DNA from: Bacillota bacterium
Lineage (GTDB): Bacteria; Bacillota; Sulfobacillia; Sulfobacillales; Sulfobacillaceae
Direction: 5' to 3'
DNA: 64,000 nucleotides
NCBI GenBank assembly: GCA_023475835.1
Contig: JAMCVM010000070.1
Location: 2,603 to 66,602 of the forward strand
This document shows, in pieces, positions 49,180-58,557 of the stretch. Made by a program: the position numbers and the translations under genes. The stretch's first letter is position 1. Each line of letters starts with the position of its first letter. The notes beneath the pieces were generated by a model that worked only from the letters and a program-made list of their open reading frames with translations, was not told the origin of the DNA and ran no database searches.

Positions 49180-49208
49180 ATTATAGCAAATTCGGGTCGG
49201 TTCCCTAA
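49180..49208 (-). promoter_or_regulatory. Putative promoter of the cysteine synthase family gene
   Basis: On the minus strand: TTAGGG, 17 nt, TATAAT. The -10 lies ~26 nt upstream of the chosen ATG. Confidence 0.35.
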
Positions 49209-49338
49209 GGGAACCTCCGGAGGCCCGAAGCCAGCGGACTTGAAGCGGCTCGGACCATCTTTGCTGGGAAGCGTCGAAGCCGCTTCAGGCGGTGATCCCC
49301 GGGCTGAACGGTGACCGCCCGAAAAAGCCCAATCGATC

Positions 49339-50241
49339 ATGGAGGAGATAGCGATAAAAGGTCACTTAATCACCCATAAAGATTGTTTAGACGGAGCCAC
49401 CGCCGCACTGGTGGGATGGGCGAGCGGATTGGACCCGCTGTTTGTAGAGCCTGACCGTGCGCTCACCGCTCTCGAGCAACTCGCCGCAAAGGACGACGTT
49501 CTACCCATCTATTTGGCCGATGTCTCGATCCCTAAAGAGTCGTACTCCCACTGGGCGCCTGCCCTGGGATGGATCTTAGACCACCACGCCACGGCTCTGC
49601 CGTTGGCCGCGGAGAATCGCGTGACGATTGACTTGGGGCGCTCAGGCTCCCATCTGTTTTACGATTATGCCGTACACCAAGGCTGGCTCGCCCCTTCAAA
49701 AGCGTGGGACCGGCTCGTAGCCATGGTGGAAGCTTATGACTTATGGATGCCGCGGCATGACCCAGGGCAAAACCTTGAACGCTTATTCCGCGCTCGCGGA
49801 CTTTCTTGGTATCACCAACGGTTTGGCCAAGGTTGGGTGCCGCTGGTCGCTTCTGAGGCCGAAGATCTGGCGCGTCTCGTCCGCGAAGAACAGGCTTTAC
49901 TGCAAAAAAGCCTGGCGCGAATCCGTCACCTGACTGCTGGTAGGTGGGAAATTGCTGGACTGTTAATGGACGAAGACGGCTCGACCAACGAACTCAGCCA
50001 CCGCCTTCTGCAACAAGGGTATTCTCTGGTGTTGATAGCAAAGCCCGACGGGCGGCTGTCAGCCCGCAGCGACCAACAGATCGACGCCTCGGAGATGATG
50101 GCCAAGCTCTTTCGTGGAGGCGGGCACCGCCGGGCGGCCGGAGGTCGTCGACCAGCGGATGTTCCTTTCGACGAGTCCGGGTTAAACAGACTCCTTGGCC
50201 AGATCAAGGAGTCCTTGGAACCGGATTCCTCACCAAGTTAA
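49339..50241 (+). CDS. DHH-family phosphoesterase (NrnB-like)
   Basis: N-terminal THKDCLDGATAAL motif, an internal DHH (ILDHHAT) and the C-terminal DHHA1 motif GGGHRRAAGG. Confidence 0.8.
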   Translation: MEEIAIKGHLITHKDCLDGATAALVGWASGLDPLFVEPDRALTALEQLAAKDDVLPIYLADVSIPKESYSHWAPALGWILDHHATALPLAAENRVTIDLGRSGSHLFYDYAVHQGWLAPSKAWDRLVAMVEAYDLWMPRHDPGQNLERLFRARGLSWYHQRFGQGWVPLVASEAEDLARLVREEQALLQKSLARIRHLTAGRWEIAGLLMDEDGSTNELSHRLLQQGYSLVLIAKPDGRLSARSDQQIDASEMMAKLFRGGGHRRAAGGRRPADVPFDESGLNRLLGQIKESLEPDSSPS

Positions 50242-51207
50242 AAGCACCTTGCCGCGCGCTCGGTCGCGGGCTACGTATTCATGCGCCTCGGCCACCTGGC
50301 CAAACTCAAAGGCCACGTCCACTACCGGTTTAAGCCGACCATCGGCCAAGCTTGGCAGGGCATGGCTAATAAATTTCTGCATCAGTTGCATGCGATCTTC
50401 CAAGGGCCGCGAGCGCAGTGCGGTCCCTCGAATCGTTAACCGCTTTTGCAGCAATAGGCCTAAATTGACGTCCGTCACCGCACCGGACAACGTACCCACG
50501 ACAATTAACCTCCCTCCCGGCACCAAGCTCGAAATATTATCGTCCCAATACGCTTGGCCGACAAAATCTAAGATGATGTCTACCCCCTTCCCGCGGGCGG
50601 CGATAACCTCGGCAAAGCGTTGATCGCGATACACCACTGCTTCATCCGCGCCCAGATTCCTCACCAAATGGGCCTTTTCTTGACTGCCAACCGTCGCCAC
50701 AATCGATGCTCCCATCCAATGGGCTAATTGCACGGCCGCCGAACCCACTCCACCGGCAGCCGCATGAATCAGCACCGAATCGCCGGCTCCTATCTGAGCC
50801 TTGTCGGTCAAGGCATCGTAAGCGGTGAGAAAAGCTTCCGGGATGGCGGCCGCTTCGGGCCATCCCAGGTTGGGCGGAACTGCGAATGCCATGCGCTGAT
50901 GCACAGCGACCTTCTCCGCATAAGCACCGCCGGTCACCAGGGCCGCTACCGGCTGCCCCAGAACAAAGTCCGTCACCCGGTCGCCGACAGCCTCGACGAT
51001 CCCGGCACACTCAAGCCCCAGAATTTCTTGCTCTGGCCTCGGCTCAGGCGGCGGGTACCGTCCCTCTCGCTGCAACAAATCGGCGCGATTGATCCCCGCC
51101 GCGCGCACCGCGATTAAAATTTCTTCCGGGCCGGGCACAGGGTCTGCCGTGGTTCCCAAGGCTAACACTTCCGGGCCCCCATAACCTTTCAAAAGAATTG
51201 CCTGCAT
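50230..51207 (-). CDS. NAD(P)H:quinone oxidoreductase (MDR superfamily)
   Basis: 325 aa with GINRADLLQREGRYPPP and the AAAGGVGSAAVQLA cofactor loop. Confidence 0.9.
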   Translation of the reverse strand: MQAILLKGYGGPEVLALGTTADPVPGPEEILIAVRAAGINRADLLQREGRYPPPEPRPEQEILGLECAGIVEAVGDRVTDFVLGQPVAALVTGGAYAEKVAVHQRMAFAVPPNLGWPEAAAIPEAFLTAYDALTDKAQIGAGDSVLIHAAAGGVGSAAVQLAHWMGASIVATVGSQEKAHLVRNLGADEAVVYRDQRFAEVIAARGKGVDIILDFVGQAYWDDNISSLVPGGRLIVVGTLSGAVTDVNLGLLLQKRLTIRGTALRSRPLEDRMQLMQKFISHALPSLADGRLKPVVDVAFEFGQVAEAHEYVARDRARGKVLLTW

Positions 51208-51382
51208 GCCTTCCCCTCCTTAGGGGTAGTCTACTCGTTTAGGCCTGCGTTTGAAATCGCTCGCGAATCCCGTAAAATAAAGACGAGCATCGACGCGGTC
51301 TTCATTTTCGCTCAACCCGCACAATCTGGGTTTGCGCACTTTCGAAGGCCCGCCAGACCTATGCATGGATGGAGGCAATACA

Positions 51383-52045
51383 TTGAAACGTTGGACACTA
51401 GGAGTGGCCGTGCTCTTGGGCGCTGGATTATTAGCCGGTTTCGTCGCGACGAGTCACCAAGCCCCGCGAAAGCCTATCGAAAGCGGCCGGGATTTGCGCT
51501 GGAAAAAGGCGCCGCCCTTAACTATCAACGTCAACAAAACGTTCGTGGCCGACTTCACTACCACCGCGGGAAACTTTCAAATGACCTTGTTTGCTAAACA
51601 AGACCCGGTGGCCGCCAATAATTTTGTATTCTTGGCCCGTCACCACTTTTACAACGGAGATACGTTTTTCCGGGTGATTAAGCCCTTTATGGTGCAGACC
51701 GGAGACCCTTTAAACAACGGTACAGGCGGCCCTGGCTACTCCTGGCACGCGGAACTGCCCCCGACCGTTCCCTATTCGCCGGGGGTTGTGGCCATGGCCC
51801 ACGCGGCCAGTCCCAATTCCAATGGCAGCCAATTTTTTATCTGCACGGGAGCGGAATGCGCCGGGCTCAACCAAAAGGGATACAACACCTATACCGAAAT
51901 CGGTCGCATCACCCAAGGCCTGGCTGTGGTGGATAAGATTGCTAACGGCAAAGTCAAGGCCAACCCCTTGATGGGGGGTGAAGTCAGCAAACCGCTGCAT
52001 CCGTATACGATCAAGAACATTACCATTAAGGTGAAGCGGGCGTGA
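51383..52045 (+). CDS. Cyclophilin-type peptidyl-prolyl isomerase with N-terminal membrane anchor or signal
   Basis: The TTG at 51383 lies 7 nt after GGAGG. FFRVIKPFMVQTGDP and NSNGSQFFI motifs. Confidence 0.9.
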   Translation: MKRWTLGVAVLLGAGLLAGFVATSHQAPRKPIESGRDLRWKKAPPLTINVNKTFVADFTTTAGNFQMTLFAKQDPVAANNFVFLARHHFYNGDTFFRVIKPFMVQTGDPLNNGTGGPGYSWHAELPPTVPYSPGVVAMAHAASPNSNGSQFFICTGAECAGLNQKGYNTYTEIGRITQGLAVVDKIANGKVKANPLMGGEVSKPLHPYTIKNITIKVKRA

Positions 52046-52581
52046 GCAGGCCCACTCGCCGCCTAAACCCTATCCGAGTGCTTTTTGTCTGCTCTGGCAA
52101 CATCTGCCGATCGCCGATGGCTGAGGCCTACTTCCGCCATCGGGTCGCGGAACTCGGCCTGTCTGCCCAGATTTCTGTCGATTCAGCAGGCATCGGGGGT
52201 TGGCACCAAGGCGAACCTGCCGACTTTGGCACGCGTCAAACCTTGGAACATCACCACATTTCCAGCAAAGGTTTAATCGCCCGAAAGATCCATGGGCACG
52301 ATTGCGCCTTCAGCGACTATATCGTGGTCATGGATCGTTCTCACTTGCGAGCCTTGAATTCGGTAGCACGAGGTAAGGCTCGCCTGCTTATGTCGTGGAC
52401 TCCGGGAAGGGCAGCGGCGGACGAAGTCTTTGATCCTTATGGAACCGAACGTTTCGAAGAACTCTACGCCCTAATCACGCCTGCACTCGATCAACTGTTG
52501 GCGGAGATTGTCACTACTCATGGTCTTGATACCCTCGACCGTTCGCCGCGCGATCCCGGTTGCCATGGTAAAATGACATAG
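52042..52581 (+). CDS. Low-molecular-weight protein tyrosine phosphatase
   Basis: VLFVCSGNICRSPMAEA P-loop (CX5RS) and a DPY motif. 4-nt overlap with the upstream gene. Confidence 0.9.
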   Translation: MSRPTRRLNPIRVLFVCSGNICRSPMAEAYFRHRVAELGLSAQISVDSAGIGGWHQGEPADFGTRQTLEHHHISSKGLIARKIHGHDCAFSDYIVVMDRSHLRALNSVARGKARLLMSWTPGRAAADEVFDPYGTERFEELYALITPALDQLLAEIVTTHGLDTLDRSPRDPGCHGKMT

Positions 52582-52692
52582 TGGTTGGCTTGTCAGTCAT
52601 GACGTTTGAACCTGTCCAAGCTGGGTAGGAGTCGCCTGAGGGCCTGGTTAAGTTGTTCATTTCAGGCGGTTTGTGCCGGAGGGAGGGGAAAT

Positions 52693-53553
52693 GTGGAGCT
52701 TTCTCAAGAATGTCCGGCTTGCGCCGCTATTCAAATGGCCCGGGCAGTGGGCCATCATCATGGAGATCACTGGAAATCATCGTCCTATGACGGATTGTTG
52801 GCTGCGGCCAATGCCCTTCAGAAACCCGACGCCGATCCGGGAACTCTATTGACCGCCCTTTATGAGGCCTTGGCGGTGCGTGATCCGGTGGGTGATCCCT
52901 ATCAAGCTGAAAAGGCAGAGGCCAACCGGCTCGCTGAGTTGTTCTGGGCGGGGCATTCATTGCCGCTTGAGGATCTCTATTCGCGCGCACTATATGCCAC
53001 TGCTGCCAACGCCCTAGACGGTGGGGTCGATCCTAATCCGACCAACTTGTGGGCTACCTTCGAGTCTGCCATTGGTCAAGGGTTTTCCCGGGATGATTGG
53101 CCGTTCTTTATAGACCAGGCTCGGCCTGGTCAATTTCTTTTATATCTCACCGACAATGCGGGTGAGGCAGTCTTCGATCGTGAACTGATTCGTTCGTTGT
53201 CAGAAAGCGGTTTATTGGTAGTGGTCGTGGTCCGAGGAGCTCCGTATTTAAACGACCTCACCAGCAGCGAAGCCCGCGAGTTGGGTCTGCAATCCGTCGC
53301 TGAGCGCCTCATCGATACCGGGACAGCCAGCACGGGGTTTATGCTGGACCGCGTCGGCGAACCAGCGCGCCGTGAGTTCGAACGTGCCAACTTAATCGTG
53401 GCCAAAGGCATCGCCAACTTGGAAACTTTGTCCCATCGGCCCTTGGACAAGCCCACCATCTTTTTATATCGCAGCAAATGTCCGCCGGCCGCCCGCCTCG
53501 CTGGAGTGAGCCTCGGCAGCAATGTCGCCTGGATGAAAAATCGCGATAGTTAA
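52693..53553 (+). CDS. DUF89 / ARMT1-like damage-control phosphatase family protein
   Basis: The GTG at 52693 follows GGAGGGAGGGG. YLTDNAGEAVFD, YLNDLT and AKGIANLETL motifs. Confidence 0.8.
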   Translation: MELSQECPACAAIQMARAVGHHHGDHWKSSSYDGLLAAANALQKPDADPGTLLTALYEALAVRDPVGDPYQAEKAEANRLAELFWAGHSLPLEDLYSRALYATAANALDGGVDPNPTNLWATFESAIGQGFSRDDWPFFIDQARPGQFLLYLTDNAGEAVFDRELIRSLSESGLLVVVVVRGAPYLNDLTSSEARELGLQSVAERLIDTGTASTGFMLDRVGEPARREFERANLIVAKGIANLETLSHRPLDKPTIFLYRSKCPPAARLAGVSLGSNVAWMKNRDS

Positions 53554-53852
53554 CCTGGTCGCAAATGGCTGGACGACAGACAGGGCCCGTGCACGTATGC
53601 CAGGGACTTGTCTAAAGTGGGTAAGGCGCGGAATTTGGGATTTGGACTACGCCTCAAGGGTTTACCTCACATTTTGGCGGATGGTCGAAAGCGAGAGATA
53701 AGCCCAAAACCCGGGCAGGCAACGTGGCTCGAGGCAGTTCCAAGAGGCTTGGACAGGTGTTTAAGCGATGGGACCTATCGAAGTTCAAGGGAGGCAGTCT
53801 CATTATTTCAAGACAGGTTCACTCCCAACAGATTGGGTTTAACCGGCGCCAG

Positions 53853-54569
53853 ATGACTCGACTGGGATGGGTGATGGCGATGGGAGGCTTGTTGCTGTTG
53901 GGCTCTCTCATCTTTCATGGCAAGGTGACCACCCGCCAAGTCTCCATGCCGATTAGCACAGTGGCCCCTTTGGCCATTACCGTAGTGGTGGACGGTCCAA
54001 CTAGTCATCCGGGGTTGATCGGATTTTTAGCTACCGTGCATCCTCGGACCGATATTTTGGACATCGCGCCTCTACCGGGCTCCATGAAACTTACCCTGCC
54101 CAACGGAGCTGGCGGCCATGTTACGGTGGCGGCGTGGAAAGGGGTCTCGATGGCTTCGCCCGAAATCGTGACCGCAGCCATTGATCAAGCCACCGGATTT
54201 ACCGCCAGCCATTATTTTTTTATGCCCGTGGATGGCTTAAAGACCGTCTTCCAAACTTTAGCTGACGACACCACGACGTGGCCTCAAGGGGACACTGTAA
54301 GCCATTCGCTCCATCTTCTGGGCTATCCTCGCGGAATTGATCGACCCCGGCAAGAGCTAACTTTTCTTAACCAATTGATGACCACCCTGCCCCAAATGAC
54401 CCCGTTGGACGCCAGCTCGCTGATGGGGGTGGCCATTTCGTCTTCGTTCAATCTGAGCCAATATGAACTCTTTATCTTAGGCAACTACGTGCGCGGCGAT
54501 GTGCTCCGCCTGACCCCGCTCTCAAGCTTTAAACGGGAAGCCTCCCGGCGCAGGAGGCACCATGGCTAA
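53853..54569 (+). CDS. Membrane-anchored LytR-CpsA-Psr-like (divergent) protein
   Basis: Single N-terminal TM (LGWVMAMGGLLLLGSLIF), then a domain whose strand order resembles LCP proteins. The similarity is weak and the start is uncertain. Confidence 0.45.
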   Translation: MTRLGWVMAMGGLLLLGSLIFHGKVTTRQVSMPISTVAPLAITVVVDGPTSHPGLIGFLATVHPRTDILDIAPLPGSMKLTLPNGAGGHVTVAAWKGVSMASPEIVTAAIDQATGFTASHYFFMPVDGLKTVFQTLADDTTTWPQGDTVSHSLHLLGYPRGIDRPRQELTFLNQLMTTLPQMTPLDASSLMGVAISSSFNLSQYELFILGNYVRGDVLRLTPLSSFKREASRRRRHHG

Positions 54570-55788
54570 ACGCTTAGTGATCACGCCCCATGGGCATCCG
54601 GTGGACTGGATCCAAAGCCAGTTTCAAGCCCATGCTTCGACGATTAAAGCATTGGCCTGGATCTTCGTATTGTCCCGCCTCTTTTTTGAGGAAATAGCTG
54701 GTCTAGCCTACGTGTACTTGCCCCATGGCTGGGCGGAATATCCGGCTGGGGTGCTCGGCACTGAAGCCCCGTTGGCCTACCGGGTACTCATTCGCATGTG
54801 GGCGCATTGGGACGGGCAATGGTATCTGATGATCGCCCGGCAAGGATATCCCTACCCTCAGTCCACTGCCTTTTTCCCCCTCTATCCGATGCTGGTTCGT
54901 TACCTCGGGGGAAGTAGTGTGATTGGTGCTTTAGCCATTTCTTGGTGTGCGACGGCGTTGGCGGTCGTAATGCTCTACCGTCTGGTTCGGCTCGAATTTG
55001 GAGACCGAGTCGCTTGGTTTAGCGTACTCGCATTGTTATTCTTTCCCACCAGTTTTTACACTCAAGCGGTTTATTCTGAAGCCATTTTTTTGGCCTTAGC
55101 GGTGAGTTCGCTCTATTATCTTCGAAAAGGGCAGTATTGGTGGTCGGGAATGCTGGGCGGATTGGCCAGCCTCGCCGGCATTTATGGGGTCTTCTTAGCG
55201 GCGCCGTTGGCGTGGACTCTCTGGCGAACGAAGGGGAATCACCTGAAGTCTCTGGCTCCGGTGGTGTTAATTCCTGCGGGCGTCTTGTTGTACATGTTGT
55301 ATTTGACTCCTCATTTTCTAGATCCTTTGGTCTTCGAAAGCGCCCAGAAGTACTGGGGAAGAGGCACCATTGCTTTATTCTTGGTCACCTTGTGGCAGGG
55401 GGCAGTGGCTGCCTATCATGCCGCCGGGGCGGCCATATCGCCGCAAGTGCTGTTTCAAACCGGCCAACCGTCCCAAATAGTCATGAACTTTTACAGTTTC
55501 GGCTTTGCGGTCTATGCCCTGGCGATTTTCGTAACGACAGCGCGCTGGCTCCCTACTTATCTATTGATGTACGAAGGGCTGGCTTTACTGCTGCCCCTCT
55601 CCTATCCTTCGGCCGGATACCCCTTGCTGTCGTTGCCGCGGCTCATTCTAGAAGCATTTCCGGTCTTTATAGGCACTGGCCTGCTTTTAGACCGCTATCC
55701 CAAAGCCCGAATTCCATATTTTGTGGTATCGGTTCTCCTAGCAGCGCTCTTTGTGTCTCTGTTTGCCACGTCGCATTGGGTGGCATAG
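54562..55788 (+). CDS. Polytopic membrane glycosyltransferase (PIG-V / mannosyltransferase-2-like)
   Basis: 408 aa with >9 hydrophobic segments and the WDGQWYLMIARQGY motif typical of the family. Confidence 0.7.
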   Translation: MAKRLVITPHGHPVDWIQSQFQAHASTIKALAWIFVLSRLFFEEIAGLAYVYLPHGWAEYPAGVLGTEAPLAYRVLIRMWAHWDGQWYLMIARQGYPYPQSTAFFPLYPMLVRYLGGSSVIGALAISWCATALAVVMLYRLVRLEFGDRVAWFSVLALLFFPTSFYTQAVYSEAIFLALAVSSLYYLRKGQYWWSGMLGGLASLAGIYGVFLAAPLAWTLWRTKGNHLKSLAPVVLIPAGVLLYMLYLTPHFLDPLVFESAQKYWGRGTIALFLVTLWQGAVAAYHAAGAAISPQVLFQTGQPSQIVMNFYSFGFAVYALAIFVTTARWLPTYLLMYEGLALLLPLSYPSAGYPLLSLPRLILEAFPVFIGTGLLLDRYPKARIPYFVVSVLLAALFVSLFATSHWVA

Positions 55789-55820
55789 CACCGAGCCTTG
55801 ATGCCACTCGCCCCATAACC

Positions 55821-55862
55821 ACCCACCGCCTCCGAGAGCTTTTCACTCCGAAGGCGGTGGGT
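55821..55862. terminator. Terminator-like hairpin between convergent genes
   Basis: 11-bp stem ACCCACCGCCT/AGGCGGTGGGT with a 20-nt loop. The U-tract is weak (TTCATT). Confidence 0.4.
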
Positions 55863-55917
55863 TCATTCCTGATCAGATACGGGTTCCAAGCCTACTCAAA
55901 GGCCAGGACAGCATCGG

Positions 55918-56241
55918 CTAGTGGGTGCCGCAGCTGCATCCGCTGGGAATGGTAGGGTTTTCAATGATAAACCCTTCTTGCATGTCTTCACGACGATAGT
56001 CGATTCGACCACCGTTCAAATACTCGATGCTGTCTAGCCCGATCACTAAATCCAGGCCACGGGTGGGTACCACAACGTCCTCGGAAGCCTTGGCTTCTTC
56101 CCAATGCATCTGATATCCAATGCGACCGCAACCGCAAGCTTGGCCCGCACTCAAACGCACATACTCGGCCTTTCGGTCCGCCAAAAGCTCTTCAAGCGCA
56201 GCCTGAGCCGAATCCGTTATTTCCAATTCAACCGTTGGCAT
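55918..56241 (-). CDS. HesB/IscA-like Fe-S cluster biogenesis protein
   Basis: 107 aa with Cys in GQACGCG and a C-terminal GCSCG. The fold pattern resembles A-type carriers. RBS GAGGGGAGG. Confidence 0.8.
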   Translation of the reverse strand: MPTVELEITDSAQAALEELLADRKAEYVRLSAGQACGCGRIGYQMHWEEAKASEDVVVPTRGLDLVIGLDSIEYLNGGRIDYRREDMQEGFIIENPTIPSGCSCGTH

Positions 56242-56619
56242 CTATAATATCCTCCCCTCAACCTAACGCGTCGCCTACGACACTATCATTATCATAGCTC
56301 CAACCGTCGGTCGGCGCAATCCACGAGAGGGCTGCCCGAGAAACCCGCAAAAATATCCACAGTAAGATCGGAGGGTGAAAACGGGAGCTTGAGCGCTCGA
56401 CGAGCCGTGCTGTCATGGTCAAACCCGGCGATGCATTCGGTCCAAGACCGTAACCTTTAAGCTCCCAAGCGGCGCTCAGTCTCCGCGCGGAGTTTTCAGT
56501 GCGCTTAATCCGACTCATTTCCTCGACCATCGCACTCCAAGCCTGGCGATATCGGTCCGAGCCCACGGCTTAATCGTCTGGTCGTGTTTGCCATCACATT
56601 GTTTCCTAGCTCATGCCCG

Positions 56620-57843
56620 TTAGAGCCCGACGCGAAAAATCCGCAGTACCGTCTCCATGACTAAGCCCACGATGCCGCCGACGATGGCCCCGTTGATTCG
56701 GATCCACTGCAAGTCTCCGCCGACATACCACTCGAGCTTATCAATCCATTCGCGCTCGTCCATAGACTGCAGGTTATCGCGCACCAATCTGCCGATAATG
56801 GGATGATATCGGCGGATCAACCCCTCTGCCATTTCCTTGATCAGCGAATCGAGGCGCTCTCGGGCGGACGGATCATTTTCCAGCCGCGACGCTAGGCTAA
56901 GTCGCCATTGCCCGATTTCACGACCCAAACTCCCATCTACGGCCGAGCGTTGAAGTTGATCCACGACCCGCTCCAAGAGATCCTGCCAAGGCACCTGACG
57001 TACCATTTCCGCTTTAATTTGCTCAACCGTCGTCCGAATTTTCTCATCGTCGCGAAGCGCGATCCGAAACCGGACCAGCGCCAGTTCAAATTGTTCAAAG
57101 GCTTTATCAGAGTCTATCCAGGCAATTAAATGACCGCGGACGGTTTCACTTAGATCCTTATAGTCGATGGTTCCCAAAGACTCTAGGACCCCGAGCAACA
57201 ATTTTTGGGTGGTCGTTTTGCTGTATTGGTCGATCATCGCTTTCAGCCGCTGTTCCATATCCTCCGTAAACTCGACCGTGCTTAAAACCACTTTCACCTC
57301 GTGCGACAAAAACACAAACACCTCATGGTCCTTTTCAGACTGAATAAGCCACTTGATCAGGTTCGCTAGAAGATCCGATGCCGACCAAGCCTCCGCCTGG
57401 CGAGTCACAAAATTTGACAGCATGGCTCCCATGTCTTCAAGGGGCAGCAACTCAATGAGTTCTGGCACGAGTCGCTCGATCATCCCGTCGGACGCGGCTT
57501 CTCCGGGTTTGAGCCAAGCGATCAGACGATCGACTACATTAAAGCGGTTAAGCGTTTTTTGGATAAAATCAAAAGACAACAGTTCGTTTTGCACTAAGAC
57601 CACGATCGCCTCAATGATTCTTTGGCGATTCTTGGCGATAATCGACGTATGCGGAACCCAAGTTAGACCCAAAGGATGGCGAAACAAGGCAGTGACCGCA
57701 AACCAATCGGCTACACCGCCCGCCAGAGAAGCCAAAGCCGCGGCTAATACATACGGCGCGACCGGATTGTGACGAAATGCTAAAGCCAGTAAAAACATGG
57801 CCAAAGCAATGCCTAACGAAAGATTAGCCCACCGACGCTGCAC
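56620..57843 (-). CDS. DUF445 family membrane-associated protein
   Basis: 407 aa with N- and C-terminal TM segments flanking a long helical region. GGVADWFAVTALFRHPLG motif. Confidence 0.8.
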   Translation of the reverse strand: MQRRWANLSLGIALAMFLLALAFRHNPVAPYVLAAALASLAGGVADWFAVTALFRHPLGLTWVPHTSIIAKNRQRIIEAIVVLVQNELLSFDFIQKTLNRFNVVDRLIAWLKPGEAASDGMIERLVPELIELLPLEDMGAMLSNFVTRQAEAWSASDLLANLIKWLIQSEKDHEVFVFLSHEVKVVLSTVEFTEDMEQRLKAMIDQYSKTTTQKLLLGVLESLGTIDYKDLSETVRGHLIAWIDSDKAFEQFELALVRFRIALRDDEKIRTTVEQIKAEMVRQVPWQDLLERVVDQLQRSAVDGSLGREIGQWRLSLASRLENDPSARERLDSLIKEMAEGLIRRYHPIIGRLVRDNLQSMDEREWIDKLEWYVGGDLQWIRINGAIVGGIVGLVMETVLRIFRVGL

Positions 57844-57906
57844 CCGAACGGTCCCCTCTCTTGCTCTTCATCTTAGCCTAGCCGCCGTTCGCTGCAAAGA
57901 ATCCCG

Positions 57907-57935
57907 TTGGCTCTGCTCGTACTTCAGTGTATCAT
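57907..57935 (+). promoter_or_regulatory. Putative sigma-A promoter of ppa
   Basis: TTGGCT (57907-57912), 17 nt, TATCAT (57930-57935). Confidence 0.4.
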
Positions 57936-58068
57936 CACTTAGGGAATGCCTTAACCACTGATAGCTCAGTGAGCATTTGCACCTTGTTAGCCACTAATCG
58001 CGTAAAAGAGTCGATTAGGCTAACACGATAAGGGTCGCAAGACCCAAGACGGTAAGCAATCGAGGAGG

Positions 58069-58557
58069 ATGAACGTGGTCGTAGACGTTGTCGTCGAAAT
58101 CCCTAAGGGTAGTCAAAATAAATATGAGGTGGACCACGTTTCGGGTCGGATTCGCCTAGACCGAGTCTTGTTTTCTCCCTTCCATTATCCCACTGATTAT
58201 GGCTACGTACCCGAAACCCTGGGAGAAGATGAAGATCCGATCGATGTCATGGTATTAATCAGTCAGCCCACATTTCCCGGATGCATCGTTCGCGGGCGCG
58301 TGGTGGGCATGTTGGCTATGAGTGACGAAAAAGGCGTGGACACTAAGATCTTGGCGGTGGCTGAGGATGATCCGAGATTTCGTGAGATTCAGGAACTCGA
58401 CCAGGTGACCCCCCATCTGTTAAAGGAAATTTCGCATTTCTTCAGCGTGTACAAGACCTTGGAGGGAAAGACCACTGCCGTCGGCAACTGGGAACCGCGA
58501 ACCAGCGGAGAAGCCAAGGTTCAAGAAAGTATCGAGCGCTACCATCACGGCTCTTGA
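58069..58557 (+). CDS. ppa: Inorganic pyrophosphatase, family I
   Basis: EIPKGSQNKYEVD and DGDPIDV-like (EDEDPIDVMVL) motifs. The start is the ATG at 58069 or the GTG at 58075 (better spaced from GAGGAGG). Confidence 0.95.
   Translation: MNVVVDVVVEIPKGSQNKYEVDHVSGRIRLDRVLFSPFHYPTDYGYVPETLGEDEDPIDVMVLISQPTFPGCIVRGRVVGMLAMSDEKGVDTKILAVAEDDPRFREIQELDQVTPHLLKEISHFFSVYKTLEGKTTAVGNWEPRTSGEAKVQESIERYHHGS

Noticed and set aside
55137-55955. 272-aa plus-strand ORF overlapping the glycosyltransferase gene in another frame (similar cases at 32402-32923, 36958-37491, 50642-51010, 61957-62691)
   Set aside because: These are Arg/Gly/Ser-rich translations typical of off-frame reading of GC-rich coding DNA. 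The in-frame genes carry clear family motifs.
56258-56566. 102-aa minus-strand ORF between the DUF445 and HesB-like genes
   Set aside because: GTG start without an RBS, Arg/Ser/Trp-rich composition, and no motif. It is more likely 5' UTR/spacer; it contains the palindrome CTCCGCGCGGAG.
57961-57990. tRNA D-arm-like string TAGCTCAGTGAGCA
   Set aside because: The D-loop would be only 3 nt, and no cloverleaf can be completed.
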